From Blepharisma stoltei ATCC 30299 (lineage: Eukaryota > Protista > Ciliophora): 64,000 bases of DNA. Location: the NCBI GenBank assembly GCA_965603825.1, contig CBFDEM010000025.1:186001-250000 (forward strand), in the 5' to 3' direction. Below, piece after piece: positions 57,932-64,000 of the stretch. Made by a program: the position numbers and the translations under genes. The first letter of the stretch is position 1. Each line of letters begins with the position of its first letter. The notes beneath the pieces were generated by a model. The model made no database searches and was not told the origin of the DNA. It saw only the letters and a program-made list of their open reading frames with translations.

Positions 57932-60900
57932 ATGGAGACTGCAGCAAAGAACACAAAAAGACGTGAATTTCTGAAACAAGTGGAGCACGAAATACAAGAC
58001 CTTTGGGAGAACCAGCACGTGTATGAAGCCGAAGTTGATTTGTCCAAGCCAAAGTACTTCATTACTTTCCCATACCCTTATATGAATGGAAGACTCCACC
58101 TGGGCCACGCATTCAGCTTCTCTAAGTGTGAGTTTACAGCTCGCTATCAAAGAATGCTTGGGAAAAACGTATTATTGCCATTTGGTCTTCATGTAACTGG
58201 GATGCCTATTCCGGCCTGTGCCGACAAGCTGAAAAGAGAGCTCAATGAAGAGATCAAAGAAGGCGAAAAGCCACCACAGTATACAGCACTCTACAAAATG
58301 GGAGTTCCAGAAGAAGAAATCCCGAAGTTCCAAGACGCCAAACACTGGCTAACTTACTTCCCACCAAGAGCTAAGGTTGACTTACACCAGTTCGGGGCTG
58401 CTGTTGATTGGAGACGCTCATTTATAACCACAGATATGAACCCTTACTATGATTCCTTCGTAAGGTGGCACTTTGCAAATCTGATAGAAAAAGACAAAAT
58501 TAAGTACGGAAAAAGATACACAGTTTACTCAATCCGCGATGGTGGTCCATGTGCAGATCATGACAGACAAACTGGTGAAGGGGTTGACCCACAAGAATAT
58601 ACCTTGATCAAAATCCAAGTCCTCCCACCTTATAAAGGCAGATTAGCTGAACTAGACGGAAAGAACATATTTTTAGCAGCAGCAACACTGAGAACTGAAA
58701 CAATGTACGGACAAACAAATTGCTTCATTTTACCTGAAGGAAACTATGGCGCATTCCTTATGAAAAATGACGAAGTCTTTATTTGCTCTGAAAGAAGCAT
58801 GAAGAATATGGCTTATCAAGGACTGACTCAAGCCCATGGAGAATATACCAAACTATTGGACTTGAAAGGAACTGAAATTCTAGGCCTGCCTTTGAAGGCC
58901 CCTCTAGCTCCATTTGATGTGGTTTACTCACTCCCAATGATGTCAATTTCAATGAATAAAGGAACTGGAGTTGTAACTAGCGTCCCTAGTGATGCTCCAG
59001 ATGATTATGCAGCCCTCAGAGATTTAAAGAACAAGCCAGCACTGAGAGAAAAATACGGAATCACTGAAGAAATGGTAAATTATGAGGTTGTTCCAATCAT
59101 TGATATCCCGGAACTTGGTACTACAGCTGCTGTAAGACTATGTGAAGAGCTCAAAATTAACTCACAAAATGACAAAAAGCTCCTCGCTGAAGCCAAAAGC
59201 AGAGTTTACTTAAAAGGATTTCATGAAGGAGTGATGATAGTTGGCCCATATGCAGGCCAAAAAGTTAGTGTTGCTAAGCCTCTAGTGAGACAAGAACTAA
59301 TCCAAGCAGGACAAGCCGCTGTTTATTATGAGCCTGAAAGCACTGTCATGTCAAGAAGTGGAGAAGAGTGCATTGTCGCATTAGTAGATCAATGGTACTT
59401 AGCTTATGGCGAAGAGCAGTGGAAAACCGCAGTCCAAGAGCATGTTCAAAACCACTTCAACACTTTCAACTCCACAATCCACAAAGAATTTGAAGGAGCT
59501 TTAGAATGGCTAAAAGAATGGGCTTGCTCAAGAAGCTATGGCTTAGGCACTCAGTTTCCAAAAGATCCTACAAAGGTGATTGAGTCTCTTTCAGACTCTA
59601 CAATTTATATGGCCTTCTATACAATTTCTCATTGGCTTCAAGGAGGGGTTATTGATGGTTCAGTTTGTGGACCAGCTCAGATACCTCCAGAAAAAATGAC
59701 AAGGGAGGTATGGGACTATATTTTCTTAAAATCTGATACATACCCAGAAGCTTCTGGAATTAGCAAAGAAATTTTAGCCAAATTGAGACAGGAATTCAGC
59801 TATTGGTATCCACTTGATTTAAGATGCTCAGGAAAAGACTTGATCAGGAACCATCTCACTATGAGTCTTTATAACCATGCAGCAGTATGGGACGATAAGC
59901 CAAATCTCTGGCCAAGAGCTTTCTTCTGCAACGGACATTTATTATTAAACAGCGAAAAAATGTCAAAAAGCACTGGTAATTTCATGACAATCCAAGACTG
60001 TTTGATTAGATATGGAGCTGATGCTACCAGAATTGCATTAGCAGAAGCTGGAGACACAATTGAAGACGCAAATTTCTTAGAATCTACAGCAGACTCAGCA
60101 ATCTTGAAACTTTATACTCTCCACGACTGGATTAAAGACAATGTAGAAGTAATTTCTACAATGAGAACTGGCGAGAAAACCTTCTTTGATTCCCTATTTG
60201 AAAACGAGCTGAACAATACAGTTGAAAAAGCAAGGAAATTTTATGATAAAATGAATTTCAGAGACTTACTGATCACATCATTTTATGATTTAATCTCAAG
60301 CAAAGAGGACTATAGGATTATGGCTGGAAGTTTCCATGTTGATCTATTTATCAGATATGTTGAGGTTCAAGTTCTATTGATGGCTCCTATAACCCCTCAC
60401 TTCAGTGAAAGCAATTGGCAATTTTTCAATGAAAAATTAAACAGAGAAAGAGGCTTGGTCATTAATCAGCCTTTCCCAACTCAGACATTACCTGTTGACC
60501 CAGTCCTTCTTAGACAAGGAGAATATATTAAAACAACATTGAGAAATGCAAGATTGGGAAAAGAAAAGGGCTCAAAGAAAGAAGGAGGAGAGCCAAAGAA
60601 AGCTGTTGTCTATGTAAGTGTTGAGTACCCTGAGCTCCAGAGAAATATAATTAGGATTATGCAAGAAATCTATACAAGGGACGCCAATGCACCTAATAGT
60701 GCTTATATTAACGCAATAAAGGAATTAGGACTTCCTAAGGCAGGATTACAAAAAGCTATGCAGTTCGCTTCTTTTGCTTATAGAGATTATGAAACAAGAG
60801 GAATTGATGCTTTTGAGCTGACTTTACCATTTGATGAAAAATCCTTACTGGAAACTATTGAGCAGTATGCAAAGAGCGAGCTCGGTCTTGAAGAGTTATT

Positions 60901-61018
60901 AATTCGCTTTTCAAATGAAGCGATTCCAGAAGATAAATCCCAGCTACGAGATACTGCTGCTCCAGGAAGGCCTCAGTTCTTCTTCTTTGCATTTTCTAAA
61001 GAGAAGCAATCTAAATAA
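57932..61018 (+). CDS. LARS1: Cytosolic (eukaryote/archaeal-type) leucyl-tRNA synthetase, 1028 aa
   Basis: FPYPYMNGRLHLGH, DWRRSFITTD, GPCADHDR, GTGVVTSVPSDAPDD editing motif, SGKDLIRNHL, KMSKS. Confidence 0.97.
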   Translation: METAAKNTKRREFLKQVEHEIQDLWENQHVYEAEVDLSKPKYFITFPYPYMNGRLHLGHAFSFSKCEFTARYQRMLGKNVLLPFGLHVTGMPIPACADKLKRELNEEIKEGEKPPQYTALYKMGVPEEEIPKFQDAKHWLTYFPPRAKVDLHQFGAAVDWRRSFITTDMNPYYDSFVRWHFANLIEKDKIKYGKRYTVYSIRDGGPCADHDRQTGEGVDPQEYTLIKIQVLPPYKGRLAELDGKNIFLAAATLRTETMYGQTNCFILPEGNYGAFLMKNDEVFICSERSMKNMAYQGLTQAHGEYTKLLDLKGTEILGLPLKAPLAPFDVVYSLPMMSISMNKGTGVVTSVPSDAPDDYAALRDLKNKPALREKYGITEEMVNYEVVPIIDIPELGTTAAVRLCEELKINSQNDKKLLAEAKSRVYLKGFHEGVMIVGPYAGQKVSVAKPLVRQELIQAGQAAVYYEPESTVMSRSGEECIVALVDQWYLAYGEEQWKTAVQEHVQNHFNTFNSTIHKEFEGALEWLKEWACSRSYGLGTQFPKDPTKVIESLSDSTIYMAFYTISHWLQGGVIDGSVCGPAQIPPEKMTREVWDYIFLKSDTYPEASGISKEILAKLRQEFSYWYPLDLRCSGKDLIRNHLTMSLYNHAAVWDDKPNLWPRAFFCNGHLLLNSEKMSKSTGNFMTIQDCLIRYGADATRIALAEAGDTIEDANFLESTADSAILKLYTLHDWIKDNVEVISTMRTGEKTFFDSLFENELNNTVEKARKFYDKMNFRDLLITSFYDLISSKEDYRIMAGSFHVDLFIRYVEVQVLLMAPITPHFSESNWQFFNEKLNRERGLVINQPFPTQTLPVDPVLLRQGEYIKTTLRNARLGKEKGSKKEGGEPKKAVVYVSVEYPELQRNIIRIMQEIYTRDANAPNSAYINAIKELGLPKAGLQKAMQFASFAYRDYETRGIDAFELTLPFDEKSLLETIEQYAKSELGLEELLIRFSNEAIPEDKSQLRDTAAPGRPQFFFFAFSKEKQSK

Positions 61019-61581
61019 ATAACTCTTTATTTCTTAATAGATATTTAATATTTTTATTTTTTAAAGATTAAAATCATTAATAATTGGATTTAAAAAAATA
61101 GTAAAATCTTTAGCGTTATTTGTTTTTTTGGTAAGTTACTTTAGATTTTATTAATATATATTGCAAAAATTATGGTTCATTTTAAAACTTGATTGGAAAA
61201 CGACAATCGAATTATTGGGAAATATTCATTCACTTGCTCCGAAGAAATAATCAATAAACAAAATAATTGCTAAATTTGCAACTTGCGCTAAAAGCGATTT
61301 CTTTGCATTGCATTTGAGCAAAGAGAAAAAAAAGAAATTTTGTTTTTTTTATTTTCATTTATTCCCTATCTTTTTGGATCTATTAAGTTACCATTAAACC
61401 ATTATTTCTTAGATTTATTGAAACTTTAAATAATCCATTGTTTTTTTTAATTAAATTATAAAATTCTGTTCATCTTCATAAATGCAATTTAATTCAAAAC
61501 CTGAATAAACGGGGAAAGATCGCATAAATTTTGCGAAAATTTTGATAGAAATCATTTTAATTTGTGGTAAAATTTTATTTA

Positions 61582-62091
61582 TTAGACTTGGCACTTCGCC
61601 AAGTGAGAAGTAATAAGATATTTGTTATAAAATTCTTTCTGGCAGTTTGGGCAACGAGCTCTAGTCGATTTATCGTGAACTTGTTTAACATGGAACCTCA
61701 CTGCATACTTATTTCTGAATTTTTTATTGCATGTCGGGCACCTCGAATGCTTGTATTTGGTCTTATGAACCTTCCCTATATGCTGCTTTTTCCCTTTTAA
61801 AGACTTGAACATAATTTTGCACTCAGCACAGAAATATTTTCCAAGTGAAAAGAATTCACTTGAAGACGATGTGCTGGGATCTTTAAGAGATTCTGCCTGT
61901 TGGGCATAATCTTCTATCTTGCCTGTAAAATTTAGATGGATATTTAGGTCTCTTGTAGACCTGAAAACTAGATTACAGTCCTCGCATTGTACACTGTTTT
62001 TAATCTTTGGATTACTTGCTAATAGAGGACAAATCACTGAAGGCAATACTTTATTACCGATTTCGACTGGTCTAATAGCCTCTTCGAACAT
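61582..62091 (-). CDS. C2H2 zinc-finger protein (about 4 fingers), 169 aa
   Basis: CEDC...H, CAEC...HIGKVH, CPTC...HVKQVH, CPNC...HLAKC. Confidence 0.85.
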   Translation of the reverse strand: MFEEAIRPVEIGNKVLPSVICPLLASNPKIKNSVQCEDCNLVFRSTRDLNIHLNFTGKIEDYAQQAESLKDPSTSSSSEFFSLGKYFCAECKIMFKSLKGKKQHIGKVHKTKYKHSRCPTCNKKFRNKYAVRFHVKQVHDKSTRARCPNCQKEFYNKYLITSHLAKCQV

Positions 62092-64000
62092 GTTTTTGCT
62101 TTTAATATTAGTTTAAATCTCTTATAAAATTAGTGGACACCAGGTTTTCATATTGTTCGCATCATTTCCCTATTAAAAATACAAAAATTATTTTGTTAGG
62201 TGAAGATATAAAGCTGAAATGCTTTCATTCTCTCTATTTCGTAAACTATCGCTATTTATTGTCTACACGTAAGTGGCGACTAAATTAAGCATTATAAGAA
62301 AGTTTAATATTTATTTAATTTCTTAAAAAATGTTCAAAATCAACTCAGCGCTAAGAGTATAAATTTATGTCAACAAATAGAGGCTGATTTCTCTAAAATT
62401 GGATTCTTTTAAGGATATTATAAGATTTTGTTTTACTTTATAACGTGCATGCCTAACCCAGATAGTCCACCATTTAAGCTGAGGACAAGCATCTGCAGCT
62501 TACAAATTCTCTGAAGAATTATAGAGATGCAAATTAACTAAATTTTGAGAGATTAACTTAGCTTTTCATAAGTCTTATGCATACAAATCGTTTCGGCTTG
62601 GCTATGCAAGCCACGAAACAATCATAAAAGATCAGTAATCTTTAATGACAAATTAGCACAACAAACTGGAAGGAGAGAACTGTCACTGATTGGCTTGTGC
62701 GCAAAGATTTTTTCAGGTTCTAAAACATGCTCGGCAATCCTCTTGGTTAGACAAAAAATTATGAGGCGTAAATTTGTTTTAATCAATAATGCCAATTTTT
62801 GAATTAATATGCACTGCAATTAATCTCAACGAATTTCAGTTCTAATTAATAAAATTTGTATCAGCATTTTTATTTTATGTGGAATTAAATTTTTCTGATG
62901 CTTTTTTATTTCAGAAACTGATTTTAATTTTTTTTAATTCAGTAATAATTAAGATCTGACAATTATTTTATTGTCAGCTATATTTATAGTGGTAATTTTC
63001 TGATTAAAATTTGTTAAGATTATTCTTACTGATAAGTATTTCATCTATTAGCATATGGTGAATATTATTGAATTATCTGAAAAAGAGGGTTGATAAACTA
63101 ATTATAGTTAAAAAATTGAATTTAATTTGATATTGAGCTTTTTGCAAAGAAGAAAATATTACAAAAATTGATGCAATTTTATAAAAGACCTTGAATTTTA
63201 AAAGTATAAGAATGGACGATAAATAATAATAAAAATGGATTCGAAGATAAATGGATTTTATTTAACTCTCGATGATCTAAGAGCTAGCTTATTCATAAAA
63301 AAAAATTAACTAAAATTAATTATATATTTAAGAGTTGATGATATAAATCCACGAAAAGTTTTAAAAGATTCAGAAATTAATTCATTAAGATTATAAACAA
63401 GATTTAATATAAAGAAAGCAACTTATATGTAATAGTTTTGATGATATTGAGTAATCTTTTAATTACATTATAATACATAATTATGAAAACTCAGAGAACT
63501 CCATTTACATTAATTATAATTCTGAAAGCTAAAATAAAAAACAATAAAATTCCATATCTTTTGCTTTTGCACCATTCAAAATGATTATAAGCCGAATTAA
63601 AATCTGCATGCCTATAAGGAGATGCTTATGAGCTTAATTCTAAGTAAATATATAAGCTATTTACTGCCATAATTTTTCACACCAGATGAACGTAATCATA
63701 GGAAATTTCGTAATATTTTATATCCAAAATTTGTGTTTACATAAATATAAATAATCATAGAACTTTATCCTTATATAGGCATCATGGCAAGGCGTAAAAA
63801 AGTCAAGAATTTTATATAAATTATTAAATATTTATATATATCCTTTAATTCAACCTTCCCGATTTATGGAACATATCTCAAAAGCTAAACTTCGCTTTTA
63901 AAATATAATCTTTCAAATGATTCACAAACTGGGTTTTGCCTGATAAATAGGCTATTATCCTCCCCCCTAATCAAATAATAAAATAAGCCTAAAAACCCCA

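Noticed and set aside
1-64000. Mycoplasma-like or mitochondrial origin (also UGA=Trp)
   Set aside because: Gene content is eukaryotic nuclear (TAF1, GCN1, CDPK, USP, CK2) and spliceosomal introns are present
1-64000. UAR=Gln ciliate code or NCBI table 15 (UAG=Gln)
   Set aside because: Very long ORFs (2250 and 1028 aa) contain no TAA/TAG, and TAA/TAG close genes at their expected C-termini
63960-64000. C-rich words (ccccccta, aaaacccca) as a telomere
   Set aside because: There is no tandem telomeric repeat, only isolated short matches

Overview
This is a gene-dense, AT-rich eukaryotic nuclear window, most likely the macronuclear genome of a heterotrich ciliate of the Blepharisma type. The ORF track is fragmented for two reasons. 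First, TGA is read as Trp: I count 37 in-frame TGAs in 18 genes, several at invariant Trp positions, and every gene I could complete ends in TAA or TAG. Second, genes carry tiny 15/16-nt GTAA...YAG introns (10 found, all with A at position 10). Re-reading the window this way gives about 37 genes with very short spacers. Recognisable products include anoctamin, a TPR/IQ protein, RING/TRAF-MORN, a chagasin-type inhibitor, GCN1, CDPK, NAA10, a cNMP-binding protein, an SDR, Yos1/IER3IP1, an ABCA half-transporter, TAF1, a USP20/33-like DUB, a GT4-like glycosyltransferase, an STPG/SHIPPO-repeat protein, a RING-H2 ligase, CNNM, MCCC2, CK2-alpha, LeuRS and a C2H2 zinc-finger protein. The most notable items are an ankyrin + Cys-cluster + coiled-coil + TRF4-type nucleotidyltransferase fusion hidden by TGA codons, strongly gene-specific TGA/TGG usage, a membrane-anchored tandem-PAM2 protein, and a bacterial-looking glycosyltransferase recoded with TGA. 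I found no supportable rRNA, tRNA, CRISPR array or transposon. All family calls come from motif recognition by eye, not from searches.
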